A stretch of 56,183 bases of DNA from Bacteroidales bacterium (GCA_027028505.1 JALVJE010000209.1:1-56183), one strand, 5' to 3'. Shown: positions 26,694-35,817, counted from the stretch's first letter. A program made the numbers and translations. The notes: generated from the sequence alone by a model not told the origin.

Positions 26694-28199
26694 TCAGGAA
26701 TAGTCCGCTTCCATTCTCTCCATGCGTATCTTACGGTTTCTCCACAGGCGGAAGATCCCGTAGAGGATCACCAGCAGGAGGGGCAGGACAAAGTTGACGA
26801 TCTTCAGCAGGGTGCGTGTGGAATCGTTCAGCTCTTTGATGGGTCGCGAGGTGATGCCGCGCGTGCGCAGTTCGATAAGCCCCGTATCGTCAGAGAGGAA
26901 ATCGATACTATTGACCATGAGGTTGGCATTGTCGCCGTTGATCTGCTGATTGCCCCGGTTCACCGGGAAATCACCGTCCCCCACCACCAGGATGCGGCCT
27001 TTCCTGTCGCCCCCGAAATTCCCTTCCAGCAGGCCCGCCACGGGGATGTGTTTCTTCGGGAAGTCGGCCTGGGTCCACTGTTTCTGTATATCGAAGAAGA
27101 GCGGCGCCGGCAGGGTGTTGGACTTCTCCGAGGTGAAGGCCAGGGGCGTGAAGGTTTTGGTCGAGTCCCCCGTATACTCCAGCGGGCTGGCAAACTCCAT
27201 GATCACGGTCTCCAGTCCTTTGACGGCCGGATGATCGGCGAAGGTGCTGATCAGCGGCAGATAGGGGAATGATACCTGGCTGGCGATGCGGAAGTAGCCC
27301 TGCTGCTGCTGTACGGTCACGGCCCCGCATTTGGCATCCACCACAAAATCGGGTGCCACGCTGATGCCTTTGCTGAGAAGCCACGATTCCAGGCCCGTAT
27401 TGAGCACCGACCCGTAGGCACGCTGCAGGTCGCCTTTCACGCGGTTGATGGCCACGAAGATGTTACCGCCCCTTTTCAGGAAAGCGTCCAGTTGTGTAAA
27501 GACATACTGCGGCAGGCTGTCCTGCGGCCGCACGATGGCGATGGTATGAATATCTTCGGGGATGGCTGTGGTGTCGGTGAGGCGCAGAGGCTGCACATCA
27601 TACAGCACATCCAGGCCCTGCCGCACCTGCCCCAGCTCGCTCAGGCCGGCACAACCGTATCCTTCGATGATCCCCACTTTGGGCTTATTTGTTACAGAGA
27701 GCTTCTTGATGGCCGAGGAGAGCGCATACTCGATGGGGCCGCCGGGCTGCATAAAGGGGATCACCTCCTTGCGGTCGCCCATCGTAATGACGGCCCCCAG
27801 GTAGGCCTTCTGCTGTTTCATCTGGTCTTTCTCCCGCACGTTGATCATCACCGGCTGCACGCCGTCCTTCAGGGCCTCCTGCTCCTTTTCCTGGTCCTCG
27901 TTGGGGTTGATGAACTCATACACCAGCATTCCCTTGGAGCGGTTGGAATACTCGATGAGCATATCCCTGAACTCATTGCGCGTCTCGGCAATGGCCGGCG
28001 GCAGGTCTTTCGAGAAATATGCCTTCACCGTCACCGGCTCCTTAAGGTTCTTCAATATATCCTTCGTCGCCTTGCTCAGTGTATAGGCATGATCTTCCGT
28101 CAGGTCGAGACGATAGAACATCTTCACCGAGATCAGGTTGACCACCAGCAGGATGGCGGCGATCAGCAATGTGGCTATATACAGGTTCTTCTTTTTCAT
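26694..28199 (-). CDS. gldG: GldG-like ABC transporter auxiliary/substrate-binding component
   Basis: RLDLTEDHAYTLSKATKDIL..L.EPV, EY.L.SAI.KL, R..VVGDGDF, N.NLM.NSIDFL.DD.GLIELR.R and a C-terminal TM segment. Confidence 0.8.
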   Translation of the reverse strand: MKKKNLYIATLLIAAILLVVNLISVKMFYRLDLTEDHAYTLSKATKDILKNLKEPVTVKAYFSKDLPPAIAETRNEFRDMLIEYSNRSKGMLVYEFINPNEDQEKEQEALKDGVQPVMINVREKDQMKQQKAYLGAVITMGDRKEVIPFMQPGGPIEYALSSAIKKLSVTNKPKVGIIEGYGCAGLSELGQVRQGLDVLYDVQPLRLTDTTAIPEDIHTIAIVRPQDSLPQYVFTQLDAFLKRGGNIFVAINRVKGDLQRAYGSVLNTGLESWLLSKGISVAPDFVVDAKCGAVTVQQQQGYFRIASQVSFPYLPLISTFADHPAVKGLETVIMEFASPLEYTGDSTKTFTPLAFTSEKSNTLPAPLFFDIQKQWTQADFPKKHIPVAGLLEGNFGGDRKGRILVVGDGDFPVNRGNQQINGDNANLMVNSIDFLSDDTGLIELRTRGITSRPIKELNDSTRTLLKIVNFVLPLLLVILYGIFRLWRNRKIRMERMEADYS

Positions 28200-28217
28200 A
28201 GCAGATAATTTTCCGGG

Positions 28218-28937
28218 TTACATATTGCGTTTGGCCAGCGCGTTCTCGGCCATCTTCAGGGCCAGCACAGGTATCGACAGGAAGTAAATCACATCCTTGG
28301 TGTCGATGACGCCGCGCGACATGCTCTCATAGTGGGAGGTGAGGCTAAGGAAATGAAAGACCTCTCCCAGCAGGCCGCTGAACGTGCCGGCCAGCATGTC
28401 GAAGATGATCTGAAAAAAGATGCCGATAAAGAGGGCTGTCAGGAAAGCTACGATCTGGTTGTTGGTGATGCTGCTGGCATAGATACCGATGCTGATATAG
28501 ACCGCACTCAGCAGGGTCAGTCCCAGATATCCCCCGAGAACAGCTCCCTGGTCGAGGTTGCCGATGGAGGATACGGTGATCACCCAGGGAAAGGTAAAGA
28601 GCAGCGAGATGATCACCAGCAACAGGGCGGCGGTGAACTTGCCCAGCACCAGCTGACGGTCGGTCACCGGCTTGGTCAGCAACAGCTCGATGGTGCCCGA
28701 AGCATTCTCTTCGGCGATCATACGCATCGTCAGGGCCGGGATAAAAAAGAAAAGGGTCCAGTAGGCCACGCTGAAGAAGGTACGCAGGCTGGCCTGGCCT
28801 ACCATAAAGATATCCGACCCTATCAGCCAGGTAAACAGGCCGCTGAAGGTAAGGAACAACAGCAGCATGATATAGGCCATGAGGGAATTAAAGAAGCTGT
28901 TCAATTCCCTTTTTGAGATGATCCATATTGTCTTCAT
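28218..28937 (-). CDS. gldF: GldF-like ABC-2 permease
   Basis: I.KRELNSFFNS..AY, FFIPALTMR..AEE..SGTIELLLTKP and GVIDTKD.IYFLS; multiple TM segments. Confidence 0.85.
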   Translation of the reverse strand: MKTIWIISKRELNSFFNSLMAYIMLLLFLTFSGLFTWLIGSDIFMVGQASLRTFFSVAYWTLFFFIPALTMRMIAEENASGTIELLLTKPVTDRQLVLGKFTAALLLVIISLLFTFPWVITVSSIGNLDQGAVLGGYLGLTLLSAVYISIGIYASSITNNQIVAFLTALFIGIFFQIIFDMLAGTFSGLLGEVFHFLSLTSHYESMSRGVIDTKDVIYFLSIPVLALKMAENALAKRNM

Positions 28938-28959
28938 AATATCTTTGCTTTTTCGGTTA

Positions 28960-29889
28960 TCAGTTCATGGTCAGTTCGCGGAAGATATCCTCCAGCTTGG
29001 TCTCTACGGGGATCATCTCTGTGATCACCCATCCTTTCTCCACACAGAGGCTGAAGATCTCCCTCCGTGAGCTCATCTCGGGTTTGCTCTGTATCTCGAA
29101 CCGGTTCTGCTGCCGGTCCATGAAATCTACCAGCTCTACCGTCGGCAGTTGTTGCAGGGCTTTGAAGATCTCGTTGGGGTTTCCGTCCTCGATCTTCATG
29201 TGCAGCAGCTCCTGGCCCTGCACCTGCTTGGAGAGGCTCTCAGCGGTACCATCGGCGACGATCCTCCCTTTGTTGATGATGAGGATACGGTCGCAGGTGG
29301 CCTCCACCTCCTGCATGATGTGTGTCGAGAGGATGACCGTCTTCTCGCGTCCCAGCTCCCGTATCAGCTTACGTATCTCCACGATCTGGTTGGGGTCCAG
29401 ACCGGTGGTGGGCTCATCGAGGATGAGGATCTCCGGGTCATGGATCATCGCCTGGGCCAGTCCCACCCGCTGACGGTATCCTTTGGAGAGCTCCCCAATC
29501 TTCTTATGCTTTTCCTGGTTCAGCCCACACACACGCACCATCTCCCGGATGCGCTCCGGCACTTTTTCTTTCGGGATCTGCTGTATCTCCGCACAGAACT
29601 CCAGGTAGTCGATCACCGGCATATCCAGGTAGAGGGGGTTGTTCTCCGGGAGGTAGCCGATGTGTTTCTTCAGCTCCTCCGCATCCTCGAGAAGGGACTT
29701 CCCTCCGATGATGATATTCCCCTCTTCCGGGAGCAGGTAATTGGTGATCATCTTCATAGTGGTGGTCTTGCCGGCGCCGTTGGGTCCGAGAAAACCCAGG
29801 ATCTCCCCCGTCTTCACGTGGAAGCTGATCCTGTCGACCGCCCGTTGCGTACCGTAACTCTTCGTGATGTTCTCAACTTTGATATCCAT
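28960..29889 (-). CDS. gldA: GldA-like ABC transporter ATP-binding protein
   Basis: Walker A GPNGAGKTT, signature LSKGYRQR, Walker B ILILDEPT and H-loop LSTH. Confidence 0.9.
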   Translation of the reverse strand: MDIKVENITKSYGTQRAVDRISFHVKTGEILGFLGPNGAGKTTTMKMITNYLLPEEGNIIIGGKSLLEDAEELKKHIGYLPENNPLYLDMPVIDYLEFCAEIQQIPKEKVPERIREMVRVCGLNQEKHKKIGELSKGYRQRVGLAQAMIHDPEILILDEPTTGLDPNQIVEIRKLIRELGREKTVILSTHIMQEVEATCDRILIINKGRIVADGTAESLSKQVQGQELLHMKIEDGNPNEIFKALQQLPTVELVDFMDRQQNRFEIQSKPEMSSRREIFSLCVEKGWVITEMIPVETKLEDIFRELTMN

Positions 29890-29912
29890 ATATCATTCCT
29901 TTTTTATGAATT

Positions 29913-30503
29913 TTAAAGTATGATGACCTTGCCTTTTTTCTTATGGGTTTCAGGGTGATCTTTTCCCGGCGGGACCACCGGCACGGCCAGCGTGTCCTCG
30001 GGGAAGAGTTCGCCGGGCCCGGGGATACCGAAATGGCGGAACAGATCTTCGTCAGGCCACCTGCCCAAAGGCTCCATGAAACGGCGGAACAGCTCCTCCA
30101 TGTGACGGATGGCCGACGTGTCGGGGATGCCGAAGAAGAAAGGATCCAAATCCTCATCGAAGGGAGAAAAGATAAATCCCGGCAGGGAATCCGGCACCAG
30201 CATGCCCGGACCGAAATGCCAGCCGCCCGGTCCGGAGAAGAAACGCCTGAAGAAGGTGGTGTCATCACCCGCCAGCGTGTCTCCCGACGACCAGAACCAG
30301 GTATAGGTTGAATCGTAGCGGATGACATTCCCCTGATCATCCGTCTCCTTGTTGACCCGGATATGGATCTCCGGGCCTTTCAGCGTATCCGGCTCCTGCG
30401 CCCCGACCGAAAACGGAAACAGGGCACCCAGGAACAGTGCAGCCACCAGGGTCCTTCCGGACCCTCTTTTTGCCTTTGTCCCAAACCATGTTTTCCTTTT
30501 CAT
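29913..30503 (-). CDS. Secreted hypothetical protein
   Basis: Start reassigned to ATG 30503; signal peptide; IRVNKETDDQGNVIRYDSTYTW segment followed by an F/D/P/G-rich region. -7 box TATTTTTG at 30574-30581 on the minus strand. Confidence 0.7.
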   Translation of the reverse strand: MKRKTWFGTKAKRGSGRTLVAALFLGALFPFSVGAQEPDTLKGPEIHIRVNKETDDQGNVIRYDSTYTWFWSSGDTLAGDDTTFFRRFFSGPGGWHFGPGMLVPDSLPGFIFSPFDEDLDPFFFGIPDTSAIRHMEELFRRFMEPLGRWPDEDLFRHFGIPGPGELFPEDTLAVPVVPPGKDHPETHKKKGKVIIL

Positions 30504-30645
30504 AACACCGTTCTTTTTGGATCCAAACAGCGTCATTACTGCCGATCTCTCCCGGGCAACCGTAATGGCACGACAAAAATAAAAAGTTCGCTCTTTCGCT
30601 CTCCACGGCAGGATTTCATTTAACAAAATTTAACAGTTTGAGAAT

Positions 30646-30685
30646 AGTTGATAAGTTGAAAGGTTGAAAAGTTGAAGGGTTGATA
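30646..30685. repeat. Octamer tract (A/G)GTTGA(T/A)(A/G) x5
   Basis: Reverse complement of the TCAAC(C/T)TA family at 36058-36129. Confidence 0.8.
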
Positions 30686-30721
30686 TGTTTTATGGAATCA
30701 TATTTTGTTTTGGGAGTGGTA

Positions 30722-30944
30722 TAATTACGCGAGCGCAGCGAGTTAATTTCTACTAATTTCAGCTGCGTCAGCAGCTAAATTACGCGAGCGTTAGCGAGCT
30801 GATTTCTCCCTAATTTCACGAGCGATAGCGAGTTAATTTCCACTTAATTTCATACCGAGTCGGGATAAATTTCGTGAGGGCGTAGCCCGAACTAATTTCA
30901 GCTGCGTCAGCAGCTAAATTTCGCGAGCAAAGCGAGCTAATTTC
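30722..30944. repeat. Array of 12 TAATTTC-like punctuation repeats separated by short variable inserts
   Basis: TAATTTC/TAAATTTC/TAATTAC/TGATTTC recur 12 times; inserts include AGCTGCGTCAGCAGC x2 and GCGAGC(n)AGCGAG x4. Confidence 0.85.
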
Positions 30945-31002
30945 CCATCCTTTAAACCTTTTCCCTCTTTTTCCGTCCAATAAATACAATTATTTTTAAA
31001 AC

Positions 31003-32358
31003 ATGCAAGACCTTGCCGCCATACATCATCTTCTGGGGCGGGCCGCTTTCGGGCCGTCGTGGCGGGAGATGCCTGCTTACCTCTCCCGTACGCCGCAGGA
31101 GGTTGCAGAAAGTCTTTTCCGCGATGCGGCGCAATACAAGCCCCTGCAGGTGGTCCCTCCTCCCACGATGACCTGGCAGGAGCTGAAAGATCTGACACCG
31201 GAACAACGGAAAGCGCTGCGAAAGAAAGAGAGGGAACTGCTGGGCCGTCTGAACGCAGCCTGGCTGGAGAAGATGATCTCTGGCGAAGGGGTCCTGCGCG
31301 AGCGCATGACCTTCTTCTGGCACGATCATTTTGCCTGCCGCACACAGAATGCCTGGTTTGCCCAGGACCTGAACAACCGCCTGCGGCGGAACGCTCTGGG
31401 CAGCTTTCGCACGATGCTGAAAGAGGTGTCGGAGAGCGCGGCCATGATCCAGTTCCTCAACAACCAGCAGAACAAAAAAGCCCATCCCAACGAGAACTTC
31501 GCCCGCGAGGTGATGGAGCTCTTCACCCTGGGCATGGGGCATTACAGCGAAAAGGACATCAAGGAAGCCGCCCGAGCCTTTACCGGCTGGGGATTCAATC
31601 TGCAGGGAGACTTCATCTTCCGGAAAAAACTGCATGACTACGGCAACAAACAGTTCCTGGGACGCAGCGGCAACTTTGGCGGCGGGGAGATCCTGGAGAT
31701 CATCCTGGAGCAGAAACAGACCGCCCGGTTCATCACACAGAAGATCTTTCGTTATTTTGTCAACGAGCGGGTGGATGAAAAATATGCCGAAGAGCTGGCC
31801 ATGGACCTCTACCGGTCGGACTATAACATCGGCCGGCTGATGCACCGTCTTTTCACCGAAGAGCCTTTCTACGCTGAGGTGAACCGCCTGCGCCTGGTCA
31901 GGTCGCCTGTGGAGCTGCTGGCGGGCTACGGACGCCTGCTGCCGTTGCAGATCAGCAGCGGCAGGCCCTTGCTCAACCTGCAAAGGGCCATGGGACAGGT
32001 GCTCTTCTTCCCGCCCAACGTGGGAGGATGGCCCTACGGCACCAAATGGATCGACAGTAACACCCTGCCGCTGCGCATGCAACTGCCGGGAGGACTCTAC
32101 GCTGCCGGCAACAGCTACGGGACACAGAAAAAAGGAAAGAAACGCCCCCTTACCATGCACGTCGACTGGCCTGCCTTCGTGGAAAAGACCGGAGACATTC
32201 CGCAGGAACAGCTGGCCCTGCTGGTGCTAGGGAAACAGCCCGCTCCGGAGGAACAGAAACTGATCGATTATGCCACGGGCCGGGCGTCCGGCGATACCGA
32301 CCGCACGGCACGCCGCCTGGTGGCCTGGATGAGCATGCCGGAGTATCAGTTGGTATGA
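31003..32358 (+). CDS. DUF1800 family protein
   Basis: HLLGRAAFG, LRERMTFFWHDHF, R.NALGSF, AMIQFLNN, PNENFAREVMELFTLG, DIKEAARAFTGW and PPNVGGW. Confidence 0.92.
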   Translation: MQDLAAIHHLLGRAAFGPSWREMPAYLSRTPQEVAESLFRDAAQYKPLQVVPPPTMTWQELKDLTPEQRKALRKKERELLGRLNAAWLEKMISGEGVLRERMTFFWHDHFACRTQNAWFAQDLNNRLRRNALGSFRTMLKEVSESAAMIQFLNNQQNKKAHPNENFAREVMELFTLGMGHYSEKDIKEAARAFTGWGFNLQGDFIFRKKLHDYGNKQFLGRSGNFGGGEILEIILEQKQTARFITQKIFRYFVNERVDEKYAEELAMDLYRSDYNIGRLMHRLFTEEPFYAEVNRLRLVRSPVELLAGYGRLLPLQISSGRPLLNLQRAMGQVLFFPPNVGGWPYGTKWIDSNTLPLRMQLPGGLYAAGNSYGTQKKGKKRPLTMHVDWPAFVEKTGDIPQEQLALLVLGKQPAPEEQKLIDYATGRASGDTDRTARRLVAWMSMPEYQLV

Positions 32359-32461
32359 GGAAGTGTAGAGTGTGGAGTGTGGAGTGTGAAGTGTGGAGTG
32401 TGGAGTTTTTAGTTAAAAGTTAAAAGTGAGCTAAAGTTAAAAGTTGGGATATTAAGTTAGT

Positions 32462-33685
32462 ATGATTAGTATGAAAAGAAGGGGATTTATAGGGAAAATG
32501 ACAGCGGGGTCGGCGGGAGCGTTGTTCCTGCCGGGATGGCTTCAGGCAGCCCGGGCGGCCGGGTGGACGGATCCTTCTGCCCGGGACCAAAAGAAGCTGG
32601 TGGTCATCAAGCTCGCAGGCGGCAACGACGGACTGAACATGGTCGTGCCCTACGGAGACCCTCTCTATTACCGGGCCCGTCCTACCCTGGCCATACCGAA
32701 AGAACAGGTGATACAAGCCACGGACACCCAGGGCTTCAACCCGGTGATGAAAGGCATCGCGCAACTTTACCGGGAGAAAAAGGTCGCCGTGATCAACAAT
32801 GTGGGCTATCCCGATCCCAACCGCTCCCATTTCCGGTCGATGGACATCTGGGAGACAGCTTCCGGCGCCAGAGAGTACCTCCGCACCGGCTGGCTGGGCC
32901 GCTGGCTCGACACCCTGCCGCCTGCCCTACGCAAGCCTTACATGGCTATCGACGACGATGAGCAGCTGAGCCTGGCCCTCAAAGGCAAAACGATCACCGG
33001 CATCGCCGTGCGCGACCCTAAGAAGCTGCACAACACCCTGCAACGGGGATTCTTCCGGCCGCTGGCAGAGATGTGGCAGGGACAGCAGAGCGGCAACCCG
33101 TCACTCGACTACCTGCACCAGGTCATGGAGGAGACGGTCACCTCGGCCGACTATATATGGGATAAGACCAAAGACACGCAGACAACCGTTCCGCCGAAAC
33201 CCGGCGGGGATCCCCTGGCTGTCGCCCTGCAGACCATCGCCACCATGATAGAGGCGGATATGGCCACGCCTGTTTATTACACCACCCTGAACGGGTTTGA
33301 CACCCATGTGCGGGAGAGACCCCAACAAGACCGGTTACTGAAAGAATATTCGGAGGCTGTGACCGCTTTTGCACAGCGGCTGGAAAAAAAGGGCCTGCTA
33401 CAAAACACCCTGATCCTCACCTTCTCCGAATTCGGGCGGCGGGTGGCGGAAAATGCCAGCGGCGGCACCGACCACGGATGCGCCTCCAATGTGCTGATCG
33501 TGGGAGGAGGCCTGAAAAAACCCGGCATATACAACGAAGCTCCCAACCTGGCCCGCCTCGACCAGGGGGATCTGAGATATACCATCGATTTCCGCTCGGT
33601 CTATGCCACCCTGCTCGAAAAATGGCTCGATGCAGACGCCAGGAAGATCCTGGGGAGAAAATTCCCCGTTCTGGAATTTATTTGA
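32462..33685 (+). CDS. DUF1501 family protein with Tat signal
   Basis: MKRRGFI twin-arginine motif (alternative start at 32471); LAGGNDGLN, VGYPDPNRSHFRSMDIW, GFDTH, FSEFGRR, GGTDHG and DFRSVYA. Confidence 0.92.
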   Translation: MISMKRRGFIGKMTAGSAGALFLPGWLQAARAAGWTDPSARDQKKLVVIKLAGGNDGLNMVVPYGDPLYYRARPTLAIPKEQVIQATDTQGFNPVMKGIAQLYREKKVAVINNVGYPDPNRSHFRSMDIWETASGAREYLRTGWLGRWLDTLPPALRKPYMAIDDDEQLSLALKGKTITGIAVRDPKKLHNTLQRGFFRPLAEMWQGQQSGNPSLDYLHQVMEETVTSADYIWDKTKDTQTTVPPKPGGDPLAVALQTIATMIEADMATPVYYTTLNGFDTHVRERPQQDRLLKEYSEAVTAFAQRLEKKGLLQNTLILTFSEFGRRVAENASGGTDHGCASNVLIVGGGLKKPGIYNEAPNLARLDQGDLRYTIDFRSVYATLLEKWLDADARKILGRKFPVLEFI

Positions 33686-33738
33686 TGACCGTTTTTTTGC
33701 TATCTTGTAAGGCATAAATCCATCAAACCATTCCTGTT

Positions 33739-34260
33739 ATGAAAACAAGACCGCTGATCATTTCACTGCTGCTTTTCACCTTCTCTTTTGTAGCACTGGC
33801 TCAGAAAAAGGATATGAAGACCGAGGTCAGTAACACCATTGCCGAAATGAAGAAGAAAGATCCGGGCATCTCCAAATTCTTTCATTCTTCGTATGCCTAT
33901 GCTGTTTTCCCGAATATCGGCAAAGGAGGGCTGGGCATGGGTGGCGCCGGAGGCAAAGGGATCGTGTTCAAAGGAGGCCAGGCTGTGGCCGATGCCAAAA
34001 TGACCCAGGTGACCATCGGTTTCCAGGCCGGGGGACAGAAATACGGCGAGGTGATCTTCTTCGAGAACGCCAAAGCCTACAACGAGTTCATGAGCGGCAC
34101 CTACGAGTTTGCCGCACAGGTATCCGCTATCGCGCTCAAGTCAGGCGCCTCCGCCGATGCCAAATACCAGAACGGCATCCTGGTGATCACCATGGGCAAG
34201 GGCGGACTGATGTATGAAGCTTCCGTCGGAGGCCAGAAGTTCAAGGTTACCAAATATTAA
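33739..34260 (+). CDS. Secreted Ysc84/SYLF-like lipid-binding domain protein
   Basis: Signal peptide; YAVFPNIGKGG.G.GGAGGKG, IGFQAGGQKY.EVIFF and GGLMYEASVGGQKF. Confidence 0.8.
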   Translation: MKTRPLIISLLLFTFSFVALAQKKDMKTEVSNTIAEMKKKDPGISKFFHSSYAYAVFPNIGKGGLGMGGAGGKGIVFKGGQAVADAKMTQVTIGFQAGGQKYGEVIFFENAKAYNEFMSGTYEFAAQVSAIALKSGASADAKYQNGILVITMGKGGLMYEASVGGQKFKVTKY

Positions 34261-34378
34261 GGTAAACACGGATCTATAAAAAGTACCTAACTTTTTCAGA
34301 AGTTTTAACACACTTTTCCAGAGCGGTAACATATATCATTTTGATACACTGTAATATATAGAGATATTTGGAGATACT

Positions 34379-34414
34379 AACTACGTAGTCAACTACGTAG
34401 CTAACTACGTAGTT
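34379..34414. repeat. Three tandem 12-bp palindromic units AACTACGTAG(TC/CT/TT)
   Basis: AACTACGTAGTC AACTACGTAGCT AACTACGTAGTT in an AT-rich convergent intergenic region. Confidence 0.85.
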
Positions 34415-34454
34415 CCTCTATAAGCACCCGGCCATCACTGTTTTACGGCAGAAC

Positions 34455-35213
34455 TTATCCGGCAGCTTCCCGGACCATTTCATCCAGGCGTTTTTTCATT
34501 TTCTGATAGTGGCATCCCTGCCAGTAGATGCGGTCGCAGACGGGACAACGCATGAACAGCGTGTAGTTTTCCCGCGTCATCGGTTCGAGGCGGTGCTCTA
34601 TCTCCTTTTTCTTTACCGGTTGCAGAGGAGCATTGCACCAGGTACAACGGGTAAAGGGTTGGAGGGCATCCTGCAGATCGAAACGGCGCAACACCTCCAC
34701 GAACTGATCCCGCGGGCGGGTGGCAAGGATCCAGTGGCCGTGGGTGACCACCCTGTGTTTGAGGATCCCTTTGTCGCGCGTGAGGATGATCCGGTTCTCC
34801 TCCAGGGCAATGCGGATGATCTCCGCATCGCTGTAATCGTTGCGGTAGAGGGTGTCGAGGCCGGCAGTACGCATGAGCCGGGCCAGCTTACCCAGGTGCA
34901 CGTCCAGGATGAAGGCCGTGCGGCGCAGGGGCGCGGGACGCAGCGCCGTCACACCGGAGATATCCATGCTCTCGAACACCGGATAGACGGCCACCCGGTC
35001 GCCGGGCTGCAGGAGATAATCAAAAGTAACAGGCTCTTCGTTGACCAGGATCAGATCGACCTGGGTATGGGGGATATCATAGGCTTCGATGGCATCTTTC
35101 ACCGTGTTCTTCCCGACGAAGCGGAAGAGATGCTCTTTCTCCCGCCGGCGGTGTGCCGGCAGCAGGTCGTTCAGTTCGGCATAAAACCGCAATATGGCTT
35201 CTCCCTGTGCCAT
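34455..35213 (-). CDS. Mut7-C RNase (PIN-like) protein with N-terminal ubiquitin-like domain
   Basis: Start reassigned to 35213. RFYAELND.LP, VKD.IEA..IPHTQVDLILVN; FILDVHLGKLAR.MR..GLD, ILTRD; Zn ribbon RC..CN...CPVCDRIYW.G.H. Confidence 0.88.
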   Translation of the reverse strand: MAQGEAILRFYAELNDLLPAHRRREKEHLFRFVGKNTVKDAIEAYDIPHTQVDLILVNEEPVTFDYLLQPGDRVAVYPVFESMDISGVTALRPAPLRRTAFILDVHLGKLARLMRTAGLDTLYRNDYSDAEIIRIALEENRIILTRDKGILKHRVVTHGHWILATRPRDQFVEVLRRFDLQDALQPFTRCTWCNAPLQPVKKKEIEHRLEPMTRENYTLFMRCPVCDRIYWQGCHYQKMKKRLDEMVREAAG

Positions 35214-35226
35214 GGGTACAGGATCT

Positions 35227-35817
35227 CTATCCCTCCTCAGCCGGCCGGCCTTTGAGACCGATCTCTTCAGCCACCTCACGCATTCCCATAATGGTGTCCG
35301 TGATCAGATCGGACAGCTCGACGCCGAGCATCTCCGCCCCCTGCTCGATCACCTCCCGGTTCACGCCTGCCGCAAAGCGCTTGTCTTTCCACTTTTTCTT
35401 CACCGACTTCGCCTTCATATCGAGGACGCTGCGTGAAGGACGCACCAGAGCGCTGGTGACCACCAGTCCCGTCAGCTCATCAACGGCATACAGCACCTTC
35501 TCCATCAGGCTTTCCGGCTTAACATCCGTAACGATGCCCCAGCCGTGACTCACCACCGCCCGGATATACTCTTCGGGCCACCCCTCCTCCCGGAGGATCT
35601 CTTCGGTCTTTTTACAGTGCTGATCGGGATACTTCTCATAATCCAGATCATGCACCAGCCCTACGATGCCCCACTTCTCCTCGTCCTCACCGTATTTGCG
35701 GGCCATATAACGCATCACCCCTTCCACAGCCAGGGCATGTTTCGTAAGGCTCTCCGACTGGTTGTATTTCCTGAACAGTTCCCAGGCCTCCGCCCGGGTG
35801 GGTATCTTCTCAGACAT
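35227..35817 (-). CDS. HD-superfamily (HDIG-type) phosphohydrolase
   Basis: KHALAVEGVMR, GLVHDLDYE, AVVSHG, LYAVDELTGL and K..KKK.KDK.FAAGVNRE.I. Confidence 0.85.
   Translation of the reverse strand: MSEKIPTRAEAWELFRKYNQSESLTKHALAVEGVMRYMARKYGEDEEKWGIVGLVHDLDYEKYPDQHCKKTEEILREEGWPEEYIRAVVSHGWGIVTDVKPESLMEKVLYAVDELTGLVVTSALVRPSRSVLDMKAKSVKKKWKDKRFAAGVNREVIEQGAEMLGVELSDLITDTIMGMREVAEEIGLKGRPAEEG

Noticed and set aside
25503-28208. Plus-strand ORFs 25503-26693 and 27492-28208
   Set aside because: Antisense to DUF4340 and gldG; no motifs.
25689-29889. Gliding motility inferred from gldA/F/G
   Set aside because: These ABC components occur in non-gliding bacteria, and no gldJ/K/L/M/N or sprB genes are in the window.
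30722-30944. Possible CRISPR or integron cassette array
   Set aside because: The repeat is 7-8 bp and inserts are 3-19 bp and recurrent. There are no attC RYYYAAC/GTTRRRY boxes, no integrase and no cas genes. Kept as an unexplained array.
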